In this document: positions 1-10,673 of the stretch, in pieces
How the letters are laid out: each line of letters opens with the position of its first letter
How positions within the stretch are numbered: position 1 is the stretch's first letter
Virus record (IMG/VR): IMGVR_UViG_3300030397_000229
Location: 42,972-106,971 of that record
Origin: a virus
Direction: 5' to 3' (one strand)
DNA length: 64,000 nucleotides
The notes under the pieces: generated by a model
What the model was told of the DNA's origin: nothing
The model's database searches: none
What the model saw: the letters and a program-made list of their open reading frames with translations, nothing else
Made by a program: the position numbers and the translations under genes

Positions 1-1
1 C

Positions 2-3000
2 CGTGGTGATGATGTAGAGCTTGAGGCATTCAGAGATGCTAATGAACTACAGGCTCTATCTGTCAACGATAGTAGGTCTAAGGCTGAAGGCACTGTAGTT
101 ACACAGCTGTCATATAGCATGTACCACAAGTTCTCCTTCTCTAGACTAGCAGGAGAGACATACCCCACGTGTCAGCACATGGGTACGCAGAGTGGTATAC
201 TAAATATGTCTATCAGGACTAACAACCCTGAGATGTATGAGAAGATACACGGCTATAAGAGTGCAGCTGACTTCTTCGTACGTCATGAGGACAAGGTGGT
301 ACGCTTCTCTGGATGGGAGATAGACAACCCACTCATTAGACTGTTCAACTTCTCTGCTGATGCTGCTAGGGAGAGGAACCTTAATGAGAACATAGACCGC
401 AGTGGTAAGGGGTTATGGGATAGATGCTTCTATCCTAAGGTGGTCACCACTGTCACAAATGACGAAAGCCCTAAGCTGCGTGACATAAACATCAGCTTCC
501 TAGAGACGAACCCTGATTTCTTCTCTGACTTTGGCTTTACAATAGCTAAGGGTGGCTATAATATAGAGTCACTGCATAAGTTCTTCAGGTTCTTGTATGA
601 TAGAGCCAACGCTGTCCGACTTGCTAGACAGGGAGGTGCTGCTCTTGATACTGACAACAGCCTAGACTACTATGCCTTTGAGACGTTCTTTGGCACTGGT
701 GACTCGGGTGTGAAGTTTAATATACTTAACCCTGATACCATTACTGCTGCTATACTAGAACCTCAGATATATGATGCTAACTCAGGTGCCCTGAGAGAAG
801 ATAATGAGCTGTCTGTTAACCTATTGTTAGATCTAATAGGTGATGATAGGCTGACAGGTACTATAGACATAGCTGGCAACGGCCTAGAGATACTCCTTCA
901 AGAGCTAGCTACCCTCGGTGGTGTGTTCACCAATATAGAGCTGAACAACAATGACAACATCACGGGTATACTAGACAAATACTTTGAGGTGGGGCCACTC
1001 ATCAACCCATTCGTAAAGGCTGATATAGCTAGAGCTATCAAGCAGATCGCTGATGAGGCAGGCAGAGAGCAGCTCTATCGCTTTATATTTAACAGACCAG
1101 ACATAGCGCTGACTGATGCATTTATCGATAAGCTCTTCACGGCCATAGTCAAGCGCACCAAGCCACCTATTAGTGAGAGAGTATACGACAGAGTAGGTGT
1201 TATACAGGCATTCAATGCCCTAACCCTAGCCTTTGAAGCCATTGCTGATGACGATGAGTTCCTTGGAGCAGAGGGCACAGACGCTCTAGCTCAGAGAGAT
1301 GCTAGCGAGGCTAAGGTCAAGCTTCGTGCTGACGGGAGGATCAACAAGAGTCAGGAGCTGTTGAGTGCATACAATGACTATATGTTCCTCACATATGAGC
1401 ATCTATTTGACATTGAGGTAGGCGGTCAGACTCTAACAGACTACTGGATTAACTTTGGCTACACATACCAGGACATGGGTATCATCAACCCCAACTTCTC
1501 ACAGTATGGTGATGAAGATACTACGTCCTCAGCTCCTGCTACATTCAGTGATTCTATTATAGAGAACGCTCAGCGTCAGATACTCACTAAGCCAGGCTCT
1601 GCTGTACCACCATCGGTGTTCTTCTTTAGAGCTAGTGAGCTGGAGCAGTTCAGAATCAACATGACTAGAGAGTATGGTGACTGGTTCTCCAAGATGTCAT
1701 CTCTGGTTATAGACCTGCCATTCGACGTAGAGAGATTCACACGAGATGAAGATGGTCACTATCAGGGTAAAGATGACCAGGTCTTTGATGTGGAAGAGAA
1801 TCTCAATGGACACATAGGGCCACAGACCTCGACACTGATCAAGCAGGCTGTCCGTAAGATAGCCGAGCAGGATCCTAATAGGCTGGTTAAGGCTGCTGAG
1901 GATATCATAGCCTTTGAGGCATCTCAGATCTTCGGTGCTGAGGATGATAATGACTTCCGCAAGAGGGCGAAGGATCTTATCAGCAAGCCCCTGACTAAAG
2001 AATACTACGACAGTATCTCTTGGTTCTCTGCTGTAGCCAGGGAGGGTATATCTGTGCCTCTCATGCTGGGCACTCACATCAACTCGCCAGTGGCTACATA
2101 TACCAATATGACTGGCGTAGGTGGTGAAGGCGTGGCTCGTGTCATAGTCAATGCTGCTGCTGAACAGAGGGGAGAGACATTTAAGAAGTTCGTAGACCAG
2201 ACACTGACTAAGGCAGCTGGTGGTGGCTTCCAAGATGTCACTATATCTAGTGCCAACCTAGAAGAGGTGCGTGCAGCTATGTTGAAGATTAGTCAGAAGG
2301 TGGCTGACAACAACAATGATATCATCAGGGCCTTCCCTGTGATGCGCATGTATCTCGTAGAGCCTCGTGGACCTAGGGTTTTGGTGCAGGATAACTTCTT
2401 TGGATACCATGCTATTGAGTCTATTGACATCACACTAGACAAAAACGATGCTTCTCTTGCTGTCATTCGTATAGCAGACCCATTACATCTACTACAGGGT
2501 GATGCATTTGGTGATGAGCCTGATAGACATGGTGTGGCAGACGATCTGGTACTGCCTGTGTCCAATGATGACCAAGGTGACTTTAGAATACTAGAGCGTA
2601 TCAAGCTGGCACAGGGTAGACACGTACAGATACGTGGTGGTTACTCTGCTGATGCTGATAACCTAGACATCCTATTTACGGGCAGAATAGCTGAGGTCCA
2701 GTATGGTGACGTAGTTACTGTGGTTGCTCAGGGCTGGAAGGCAGAGCTCATGGGCAGACAGGTGGAGTTTGAACTAAATAGAAAGGTAGACTCCTCTGTC
2801 AAAGACCTTGTTGTCCGTACTATCAGGGATGCCAACCCAGCAGGCATAGGGGACGTATATAGTGCAGAGGAGTTCAGACGCATCAGAGACGTATCTCCTC
2901 TTCTGTCAGCCCAAGAGATCATAGCACAGGCACGTAGACAGCAACTAGGCACCACTGGTGGTGACTCTGGTGCGTCTGGTACAGAGGGCTTCAACATCTT

Positions 3001-5734
3001 AGGCTTCACTATACTAGATCAGCTGGGAGCAGGTCTAGATACTAGGCTCAAGAACATCTGGGTACCTGATAGAGACACCGAGAGATTCAACTTCTTTGGT
3101 GATGTTATCAGCGCTGGATGGCATGGCTCTAGATGGGTTGTGCCACTTACTCCTGCATGGGAGGTGTTGGAGAATGCTACCAACTATGTATGGGGATACA
3201 TCAACCAAGTTGTGCCATTTGACGGAGAATCCACGCTGTTCTTCGGCAGGCCTGACCAGATGTACTTCTATACCAGAGGTGATGCCAGAACAGCACGGTC
3301 ATATAGAAAGCTAAAGGACTCATCTATAGCGCTGTTAGCTAGAAGCTTCAGTACTATTATGAATGGCTTCTTGGAGAGCAGGCAGTTTAATGGCCCTAGC
3401 ATGTCACGTCAAATAGCTGACATGTATGTCTTCCAGCCATTCCCTGTGTCTTCTGGTTCTCCAGCTAATGGAGCAGATGGCGTTGATGCTCTGGACTACT
3501 TAGAGGGTAAGTATGGCATAAGAGACATACATACCAACAGAAGATTTATCATCACACCTGAGAACAACTCGTTCATCACGTTTAAGACCATAGACCAGAA
3601 GCTGAGAAATGACCCAGACAACTCTGGCTCTGGTATATTTGGTAGGTTCTCTGCTACTACACAGAAGCAGGTCCTTGCTAAATCACTGGTTCATCACTTT
3701 GATACTATAGCGGATATACTTGAGAACGATCAGGTGGCGGCTATCTTTATGATGTCTGCCTTCTTCGGCTTCTCTCCTGTTTATATACAGAACAACTTTG
3801 GTTCTATCGTAAACTTCATGAGGCTTATCATGGGCCCACTAGATGAAGATAGAATCTCAGAGATTAGACAGCGCCTTGGTGATACTATACAGAGTGCTGC
3901 TGAGGTTAGGCAGGGCCTAGGTATACAGAGGACTATAGATGATTCTGAGATCAAGGCCCAGAGACTTAAGCATGAGCCTACCATCCAAGCCTTCCTTCAG
4001 TGGGTAGAGACAGGCAGAGGTGCTGACACTGATTCCTTTGGACTAACGCCAGGCAGTACTGAGGCTACCAGGCAGATCGTAGAGGATATGCGTGAGTATT
4101 GGCTTGCCTCTGGCCTAACAAGCAAGGCATATACTCTGGACCAGTGGAGAAGAGTGCGTAAGGCCAACCCAGCTCTTGCAAAAGAGAATGGCTTCCCCAC
4201 TCCTGAAGAGCTTATATCGTCAGCATCTGCCTTCAGAGACAGGAAGGTCAGGACCAGTCAGGCACAGAAATCTATCTTTGCTAGCCAGGGGCTGACTATA
4301 TCTGATAGTATATTTAGTGTCATAGCTAAGAAGCTTGGCAATGAGTATATTACCAAGGAGATAAGGGATGGCAGCCAGAAAGAGGTGGTTGATGTTATGA
4401 TCAATAACATATACCTCTTTAAGTCATTCGTGTTCTTCTTGTCTAAGTGGCTACGTGGCTACTACAACTCTGGTGATATTGACCAAGAGACAAAGGAAGC
4501 TATTGACTTTATATCAGATGACCTGACATTTGATTTCCCATCTGCTCACAACATGAAGGTGTTTAGGGACTATCACTACATCAGGAATGGTGTAGACATA
4601 GTCACCAACAATATAGCTGCCACTACACGTGAGATGTTCAACACTGTGGTAATGAGATACCCAGCAGAACAGGTTACTAGTAACGACTGGCCTCTGGTGC
4701 CAGACTTTATTCAGCGTGCTATCAGCGGTAACGAAGAGCAGACACAGATCAGTGCTGAGACAGAGTGGACATCATGGCCACCTCCCACTAGAGGACATAT
4801 AGGTCTGCAGTTTGATGACTCTGTGACATTGGCAGACAAGAAGATTGGTGTATTCACTGACATCAATGTGACCAGAGAAGATCAGGCTGCCAAGGTGGCT
4901 ACCAATATGCTTACAAAGTACATGCGTAGCATGTATAGAAATGACCTATGCCTACTTGGTAGAGTCATTAAGCCATGGGATCAGCTAATCATTAATGACA
5001 AGTTCATAGATATGTATGGCCCTGTTGAGGTGGAGCGTGTAGTCCATCACTATAGTGCAGAAGATGGATGGAAGACACACATCGTACCTCACGCTGTATG
5101 CGAGGCCAACCCAGGTAACAGACATCTACAGGCAGCTGTGTTCGCCAGTAAGATGGACAGAATATATGATGCCGTGGACTATGCATTCTGGGCTATAGCT
5201 ATTGCCTTAGCTATCCCTACAGCTGGAGCTTCCCTGGGTGCAGGACTGGCAGCTAGACAGGCTCTAGCCTCCACCCTCAAGGCAGGGGCCAGGCAGGGAC
5301 TGAAGACAGCTGCTGGTACTGCTTTTAAGAGAGGCAACGTAGCAGGGCAGATACGACTTGCTAAGAGATATCTACAGAGAGATAGTACCAGACTATTCAA
5401 GACGTATCTTACTACCAGTGCTATACAAGCTGGCATTGGTGAGATCAGTAGGCTAGTTCAGGTTAATGCTGGTGCTGGAGACAAGAGACTGCCTGTCATC
5501 TTCTCACCCCTTCTATATAAGGGTGTGCCATTTGAAGCAGGGCTGCATGGATCAGAATTTACTTACTGGTCTATCGGAGCCAAGCTGCACTGGGCTTGGA
5601 AGCACACCGTTGATGGTATAGGCACTATAGCTGATGTGTTCACCTCGGCCTTCACACCTGATCCATCTGATGACGAACTGGTCCTAGGTAGACTGGCTGG
5701 TCTACATGGGTTGGTAGACAGAGAAAATAGATAA
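2..5734 (+). CDS. Giant baseplate hub / tail-tip protein (gp27/gpD/VgrG-N-like fold), 5'-truncated by the window edge
   Basis: The frame is open from base 2 (RGDDVELEAF...), so the ATG at 119 is probably internal. Hub-like segments: 'QIRGGYSADADNLDILFTGRIAEVQYGDVVTVVAQGWKAELMG' and C-terminal 'LLGRVIKPWDQLIINDKFIDMYGPVEVERVVHHYSAEDGWKTHIVP'. Lies just upstream of gp25-like and baseplate J genes. Confidence 0.65.
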   Translation, partial: RGDDVELEAFRDANELQALSVNDSRSKAEGTVVTQLSYSMYHKFSFSRLAGETYPTCQHMGTQSGILNMSIRTNNPEMYEKIHGYKSAADFFVRHEDKVVRFSGWEIDNPLIRLFNFSADAARERNLNENIDRSGKGLWDRCFYPKVVTTVTNDESPKLRDINISFLETNPDFFSDFGFTIAKGGYNIESLHKFFRFLYDRANAVRLARQGGAALDTDNSLDYYAFETFFGTGDSGVKFNILNPDTITAAILEPQIYDANSGALREDNELSVNLLLDLIGDDRLTGTIDIAGNGLEILLQELATLGGVFTNIELNNNDNITGILDKYFEVGPLINPFVKADIARAIKQIADEAGREQLYRFIFNRPDIALTDAFIDKLFTAIVKRTKPPISERVYDRVGVIQAFNALTLAFEAIADDDEFLGAEGTDALAQRDASEAKVKLRADGRINKSQELLSAYNDYMFLTYEHLFDIEVGGQTLTDYWINFGYTYQDMGIINPNFSQYGDEDTTSSAPATFSDSIIENAQRQILTKPGSAVPPSVFFFRASELEQFRINMTREYGDWFSKMSSLVIDLPFDVERFTRDEDGHYQGKDDQVFDVEENLNGHIGPQTSTLIKQAVRKIAEQDPNRLVKAAEDIIAFEASQIFGAEDDNDFRKRAKDLISKPLTKEYYDSISWFSAVAREGISVPLMLGTHINSPVATYTNMTGVGGEGVARVIVNAAAEQRGETFKKFVDQTLTKAAGGGFQDVTISSANLEEVRAAMLKISQKVADNNNDIIRAFPVMRMYLVEPRGPRVLVQDNFFGYHAIESIDITLDKNDASLAVIRIADPLHLLQGDAFGDEPDRHGVADDLVLPVSNDDQGDFRILERIKLAQGRHVQIRGGYSADADNLDILFTGRIAEVQYGDVVTVVAQGWKAELMGRQVEFELNRKVDSSVKDLVVRTIRDANPAGIGDVYSAEEFRRIRDVSPLLSAQEIIAQARRQQLGTTGGDSGASGTEGFNILGFTILDQLGAGLDTRLKNIWVPDRDTERFNFFGDVISAGWHGSRWVVPLTPAWEVLENATNYVWGYINQVVPFDGESTLFFGRPDQMYFYTRGDARTARSYRKLKDSSIALLARSFSTIMNGFLESRQFNGPSMSRQIADMYVFQPFPVSSGSPANGADGVDALDYLEGKYGIRDIHTNRRFIITPENNSFITFKTIDQKLRNDPDNSGSGIFGRFSATTQKQVLAKSLVHHFDTIADILENDQVAAIFMMSAFFGFSPVYIQNNFGSIVNFMRLIMGPLDEDRISEIRQRLGDTIQSAAEVRQGLGIQRTIDDSEIKAQRLKHEPTIQAFLQWVETGRGADTDSFGLTPGSTEATRQIVEDMREYWLASGLTSKAYTLDQWRRVRKANPALAKENGFPTPEELISSASAFRDRKVRTSQAQKSIFASQGLTISDSIFSVIAKKLGNEYITKEIRDGSQKEVVDVMINNIYLFKSFVFFLSKWLRGYYNSGDIDQETKEAIDFISDDLTFDFPSAHNMKVFRDYHYIRNGVDIVTNNIAATTREMFNTVVMRYPAEQVTSNDWPLVPDFIQRAISGNEEQTQISAETEWTSWPPPTRGHIGLQFDDSVTLADKKIGVFTDINVTREDQAAKVATNMLTKYMRSMYRNDLCLLGRVIKPWDQLIINDKFIDMYGPVEVERVVHHYSAEDGWKTHIVPHAVCEANPGNRHLQAAVFASKMDRIYDAVDYAFWAIAIALAIPTAGASLGAGLAARQALASTLKAGARQGLKTAAGTAFKRGNVAGQIRLAKRYLQRDSTRLFKTYLTTSAIQAGIGEISRLVQVNAGAGDKRLPVIFSPLLYKGVPFEAGLHGSEFTYWSIGAKLHWAWKHTVDGIGTIADVFTSAFTPDPSDDELVLGRLAGLHGLVDRENR

Positions 5735-6894
5735 TGGAAACAGCAAAGGAACTACGTAATAAAGAGAGACGGAGGGACATTGGTTCAGGGACTTACTGGG
5801 AGCTCCTGAATAAAGACTTCCTTCAACTCTTTGTACTACCGCAGATCAGACCTAAGGTGTTAGGCATCTGGGGCTTTGATGCTGTCAGATCTAACATTAC
5901 CTTCAATGACAACGTAGGTATAGGGACATTTGCTCGCTCTGGTATTATCAGGGCTATGGTGACCACTGTAGAGGGTGCCAGGAATATCAGAAACTTCCTG
6001 GACGAACATGGTGGTGCTGTCAGGACTGTTGATCTGGTCAATGAAATAGGGGTAGGTGGTGCTAATGCTGTAGCTGAGGCTCTGGTCAAGGTCTTCTCGC
6101 AGAATGTAACCTTTGGTATAGTAAGGGATTATAGTGGCAACAAGGCAGAGGTTAAAAGATTTATCAATGACCACAAGATAAGAGGAGATGATCTCACACC
6201 TAGATATAAGCTGGTCTCAGAGCACACTACAGACACAGGCCACACAAATGTACTCCTCAAGTCTATTAGGTCTCCTCAAGGTCAGACGGGCCCAGGAGGT
6301 CACCCAGCATATAGATCTAGAGAGCAGGTAGATAGCGAGAAGGCAGCAGGACTCAATAAATTTAACAGCTACTTTGCTGAGGCTGCTGTGAAGATGTCTC
6401 GCCTACTGCCAGATAGAGATCTGACTCAGGACAACCTAGATGATGCCTCTGAGATGATAATAGACCCATTTGCCACTGAGGAATATATCCCTCTAGAGGA
6501 GCAGATGACAGTCAAGGACGATGGTCTATTTGAGGTACACAGAGCCTCCAGACTAGACGAGTCACCCTCTATGAGTATAGGTGGCCCCTCTAATGTGCGT
6601 ATAGATACGGCTGATAGGATCGTAAATGGCACTGCCTTCCAGGCCTATAGCAAGGAGCAGCTCATTACTAGCCCTACGATCACACTACCTAGTGCCCACT
6701 TTGCCCCTAACCCCGGACTGATATCTTCTATTTTTTCTCCACTATCACTGGTGCAAGACCCAGCCATACTTCTAGGCCTGATAGCTATAGTGGCTCTGTC
6801 AGACAGAAACTCTAGCAGATATACCAGTACATACAATATATTGCCTACCCAGGTTATAGATAATGAACCTATAGAGAAGGAGCTGTTCGACTAA
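5734..6894 (+). CDS. Baseplate protein, possibly spike/gpV-like (positional call)
   Basis: 386 aa, TAATG-coupled on both sides, between the hub and the gp25-like gene where spikes usually lie. No diagnostic motif recognised. Confidence 0.35.
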   Translation: METAKELRNKERRRDIGSGTYWELLNKDFLQLFVLPQIRPKVLGIWGFDAVRSNITFNDNVGIGTFARSGIIRAMVTTVEGARNIRNFLDEHGGAVRTVDLVNEIGVGGANAVAEALVKVFSQNVTFGIVRDYSGNKAEVKRFINDHKIRGDDLTPRYKLVSEHTTDTGHTNVLLKSIRSPQGQTGPGGHPAYRSREQVDSEKAAGLNKFNSYFAEAAVKMSRLLPDRDLTQDNLDDASEMIIDPFATEEYIPLEEQMTVKDDGLFEVHRASRLDESPSMSIGGPSNVRIDTADRIVNGTAFQAYSKEQLITSPTITLPSAHFAPNPGLISSIFSPLSLVQDPAILLGLIAIVALSDRNSSRYTSTYNILPTQVIDNEPIEKELFD

Positions 6895-7331
6895 TGGCTA
6901 TCTATTCAGAAAGAGATATAGCGTTCACTCAGTCAGGTGATCTCTCAGTGAATGCCCGTGGAGACCTTGAATTAGCCAGCTCATATGAGTCTCAGAAGGC
7001 AGCTATCAACTTTTTGGTAAAGACCAACAAGGGTGAGTATATACCTGACAACAGGATAGGCTGTGACGCTGGTACATTTATTGGTAGGAACCAGACCAGA
7101 GAGAACATATCGGCTATGGAGGCTGGTGTAATAGCCAACCTGAGTGACTTTGTTATAGCCCGTAGTGATCTAAGTGTCAATATAATTCCTGTGGAACGTG
7201 ACGTGCTTGGATTATTTGTGGGAGTACAGGGAGAATACATAGGAAGTGACGGAAATCTATTGGATTTAGATCCAGAATTGCTTACCTTTACCTTCCCCTA
7301 TCTAGAAGGTTTCCCAACTCCTCAGCCGTAA
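6894..7331 (+). CDS. Baseplate wedge / sheath initiator, gp25-like (XkdS/Mu gp46 type)
   Basis: 145 aa with 'DIAFTQSGDLSVNARGDLEL...AINFLVKTNKGEY...IGCD' pattern, immediately before baseplate J. Confidence 0.75.
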   Translation: MAIYSERDIAFTQSGDLSVNARGDLELASSYESQKAAINFLVKTNKGEYIPDNRIGCDAGTFIGRNQTRENISAMEAGVIANLSDFVIARSDLSVNIIPVERDVLGLFVGVQGEYIGSDGNLLDLDPELLTFTFPYLEGFPTPQP

Positions 7332-7345
7332 AGGAGGTCTAGCAA

Positions 7346-8503
7346 ATGCCTAGGACTTTAAAGACACTTGCTCAGATGAATGCTGATGCTCTGGAGTATC
7401 TATCCGAGAACACAGAGGTCACATATCTGTCTGAGGGGTCTATTGCTAGAGCCTTGGTTGAGGCTACTAACGTTGAGATATCTAATCTACAGGAGTACAT
7501 AGCATCCACGTACTCTAATGTATTTATCAACAGTGCTACTGGTCCATTCCTGGACCTACTTGGAGAGCAGCTGGGAGTCAAGAGACTGGGTGGTGGGGCT
7601 GCTTCCACCAGCGCTGAAGACCAGAACGTCAAATTCAGTGTCACCACAGGTAGATTGGGAGATTTCTTCCAGGACCCAGGTGACTCTAACAAGGGCTTGA
7701 TCTCAGGTGGACTGACAGTGTCTACTGCTGACAGCTCTGTATCATATCAAGTTGCTGAGGATGTCCGGTTTAATCGGAATCTTCGGGAAGTTTTCGTACC
7801 AGTTCTAGCTGATAATGCTGGAGCTGCATCTAATGTAGGCCGTAATAAACTTGTATCCCATAGTGGATCTTCAGCTGTGAACGTGACTAACCTGAAGACC
7901 ATTAATAATGGAAGAGATATAGAGACGGATAGAGAGTACAGGTTTAGACTGGCCAACCAAATAGCTGCCTCACCCAGCGCCAATGAGATAGCTATTAGGC
8001 TAGCGGTAATCGGTAACGCAGATATATCAAGTGTAGAGTTGAGAGAGTTTGCTAGGGGCGCAGGAACATTTGATGCGTTACTTGTCCCAGTGAGAAACAC
8101 ACTGAGTAGACGAACTAAAGAGGTGGTGCAGAACGCCATCAACAGTACATCAGCGTTTGGTATAAGCGGCAGGGCTCTGGACCCAACATATGTGACATTT
8201 AGGATATCCGTGCAGCTCATACCTCTTGAGGATGCGCCAGCAGGAGTGCTGGACTCTAACAGAATCAACGCCAAGAATGCTATACTAGATCACTTCGAGG
8301 GCATCCCTATTGGAGGCGAGCTAGTCATTAATAGATTGAGAGCTGATATAGTCAACGCTATAACACAGGAAGTGAGAGATATCCGCATACTAGAGCTCTG
8401 TGTAGATGGCAGGCCTCATTCTATCCGCAATATAAAGCTCAGACCAGACGAGCTATTCACACCAGCGCTTAGCACTGACACCCAAGCTATTGAGGTGCTC
8501 TAA
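7346..8503 (+). CDS. Baseplate J-like wedge protein
   Basis: 385 aa with 'SEGSIARALVEA', 'ATGPFLDLLGEQLGVKR', 'GAASNVG', 'GRDIETDREYRFRL'. SD AAGGAGG at 7331-7337. Confidence 0.9.
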   Translation: MPRTLKTLAQMNADALEYLSENTEVTYLSEGSIARALVEATNVEISNLQEYIASTYSNVFINSATGPFLDLLGEQLGVKRLGGGAASTSAEDQNVKFSVTTGRLGDFFQDPGDSNKGLISGGLTVSTADSSVSYQVAEDVRFNRNLREVFVPVLADNAGAASNVGRNKLVSHSGSSAVNVTNLKTINNGRDIETDREYRFRLANQIAASPSANEIAIRLAVIGNADISSVELREFARGAGTFDALLVPVRNTLSRRTKEVVQNAINSTSAFGISGRALDPTYVTFRISVQLIPLEDAPAGVLDSNRINAKNAILDHFEGIPIGGELVINRLRADIVNAITQEVRDIRILELCVDGRPHSIRNIKLRPDELFTPALSTDTQAIEVL

Positions 8504-8979
8504 TGGCTTTCTTTGGTTTCTACGAGCCTGAGTTTAATCCTACTGGTCTATCAGGAGAAGTGGGTGGTAGCTTTACCAGTACCGTACTGAAGCCTAAGCT
8601 TGGTGAGCTGGTCTCTCCAATGGAGTCCTCTGTAGATAGCGAGGTCACTCAGTATCGCAAGCTGTTTATCAGGCAGGATGAGGAAGCCACATTCCAGGAC
8701 CTGTCAGTCATACTCAGTAACGTGGAGCACACTGGCCAGGTCTCTTTCGCTATATCTACTGGACAGATGGAAGAGCAGGCCACAGATGCTATCACAGCAC
8801 CTGATGGTATACCTTCTGACAACTTCTCTGGTGATCACGTCACTGCCATTACTCTGACTGGTACATCAGTACAGGATGATATATATGGTATATGGCTAAG
8901 AGTAGTACTGCCTACTGGTGCTGGTATTGATGAGCTAGCTACATTCGGTGTCAGAGTAAAGGGGACTAGACTGAACTAA
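8503..8979 (+). CDS. Hypothetical virion protein
   Basis: 158 aa, TAATG-coupled on both sides within the baseplate module, acidic and beta-rich, (S/T)G-rich. Confidence 0.6.
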   Translation: MAFFGFYEPEFNPTGLSGEVGGSFTSTVLKPKLGELVSPMESSVDSEVTQYRKLFIRQDEEATFQDLSVILSNVEHTGQVSFAISTGQMEEQATDAITAPDGIPSDNFSGDHVTAITLTGTSVQDDIYGIWLRVVLPTGAGIDELATFGVRVKGTRLN

Positions 8980-10673
8980 TGAAAGAGATCGCCCCCTTTG
9001 ATTCTGGCTTTGCCTACACCTCTGAATTTGGTGAAGGGCTCACAGTTGTATACAGCTATACTGAGAGGGATCCAGTAATAACTGATACGACCATAGCCTA
9101 TTCATACACTGATGGGAGTAGTGATCAATCTAGGGTGACTGGCAGAAGAGTTGGTGCTACCCAGCAGATCATGAACAACCTCCCACACTGGATGGAGATG
9201 AGGTTAAAGCATAACTCTCTAGGTCAGAGGCTAACCCAGGCATGGGCTGGCAACTTAGAAGGAGCATTCGAAGCATACAATGACTACAGGACTGATGAAT
9301 TCCTTGCCACTGCTAATGTATATCCTGATGTTCACCTAGGGGTAGCAGAGATAAGCTTTAGTGATGACAGGGTGTATGAGCCTGCCTTCAGGAATATACT
9401 GTTTAACTCTAGTTTTTCTATGCTCGCAGCTAGCAGGCTGCAGAAGCCAGAGGGCTGGAATGTGTCCCGTAACGTCCTGGACGCACTCAAGTTCTCTACA
9501 GATCACAGTCTATTTGGAAACAGGTGCTTGTTCTTAGACGGGCTAGAAGGGAGCGTAGATCTCAAGCAGTCTAGGGACATCATTATACCTGGAGGCAGTC
9601 TGGCGCTCAGTATCTACGTACGTACTGATGACAACGGACGTAGTACTACGGCGACCCTTGATGCGACAGAAGCGGGCATTATACTTGTAGTGGAGTACAA
9701 TGACGCCACTGTCACTACTTATGGAGTGGGCTTCCCCGAGAACACAGGGGGCTCTTGGCATAGAGCAGCTCTCACAGCTACTCTAGACAGGGAAGTTCAC
9801 TCTGTGACTGCTATGATAGTCAACAGGACTGACCATCAGTTCTATGTTGACCTACCACTACTGGAGACCGGGAAGAAGCCAACCACGTGGACACCATCCT
9901 CAGTGGACCTACCTATATATATAGAGTCAGGTACCAGAGAGGTCACTGGTGTCCAAGCCCTCGCTGACGCAGAAGATGGAGAGCGAGTTACGAAGATAGA
10001 GATATTGCCTATAAGCACTGAGGGTGAGTTCAGAGATATTAGAGTGCCCACCAGGATAGAACCCTTTTCACCCCAAAGGGACCCCAATAATACTGTGAAT
10101 CTCACTCTCGGTAGGCAGGTTGACTTCTCCAGAAATAGCTTCCCGACTCTGTGGACTGCTGACAGCAACCAGATACTAGAGAAATCTGTGCTGACTAATG
10201 ACAGATATATCAGTGTCCTACCAGCAGACCTGTCTATGGATGAGTTTGGGGATCTCTTTCTTGATATGACACTAGTGGATAACCCTGACTCTATATTGGT
10301 CAAGGGCACTGTAGTCGTTGACAACCTATTATATGTAGTCACCAAGGAGGCATACGCTGGCAAGACTGCATACTATCTAAAGTTCGTTAGAATCGATAAG
10401 AACTTTTACGAGGATACATTCGTTGAATCCCTAGCGGATGTAGAGCTGCCTCTAGAACTAGGACTGAAGTTCGGTCTAGGCTCTACCGCAGAAGAGGTTA
10501 GTAGAATAGGTATATGCAAGAACATACCTGATTGCATATTTATAGACACTGACCTAGACAGAAGATTCTACTTCAAACTTATATATGACTATTACTTTGC
10601 TGACCTAAGTACCAGAAAGCTGTATTGTAGGCAGAATTATCAGGCTACTAATGCCCATCTTCAGGTGATCTAA
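8979..10673 (+). CDS. Baseplate/tail protein with carbohydrate-binding-module-like domain
   Basis: 564 aa. 'FRNILFNSSFS...PEGW' and 'GGSWHRAALTATL...YVDLPLLETGKKPTTWTPS' resemble CBM_4_9-like jelly-rolls of phage tail proteins. Confidence 0.55.
   Translation: MKEIAPFDSGFAYTSEFGEGLTVVYSYTERDPVITDTTIAYSYTDGSSDQSRVTGRRVGATQQIMNNLPHWMEMRLKHNSLGQRLTQAWAGNLEGAFEAYNDYRTDEFLATANVYPDVHLGVAEISFSDDRVYEPAFRNILFNSSFSMLAASRLQKPEGWNVSRNVLDALKFSTDHSLFGNRCLFLDGLEGSVDLKQSRDIIIPGGSLALSIYVRTDDNGRSTTATLDATEAGIILVVEYNDATVTTYGVGFPENTGGSWHRAALTATLDREVHSVTAMIVNRTDHQFYVDLPLLETGKKPTTWTPSSVDLPIYIESGTREVTGVQALADAEDGERVTKIEILPISTEGEFRDIRVPTRIEPFSPQRDPNNTVNLTLGRQVDFSRNSFPTLWTADSNQILEKSVLTNDRYISVLPADLSMDEFGDLFLDMTLVDNPDSILVKGTVVVDNLLYVVTKEAYAGKTAYYLKFVRIDKNFYEDTFVESLADVELPLELGLKFGLGSTAEEVSRIGICKNIPDCIFIDTDLDRRFYFKLIYDYYFADLSTRKLYCRQNYQATNAHLQVI

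Noticed and set aside
2-8503. Bacterial eCIS/T6SS/tailocin locus rather than phage
   Set aside because: A phage-type sigma factor, free-standing HNH, many small phage-like ORFs and the absence of housekeeping context favour a phage genome.
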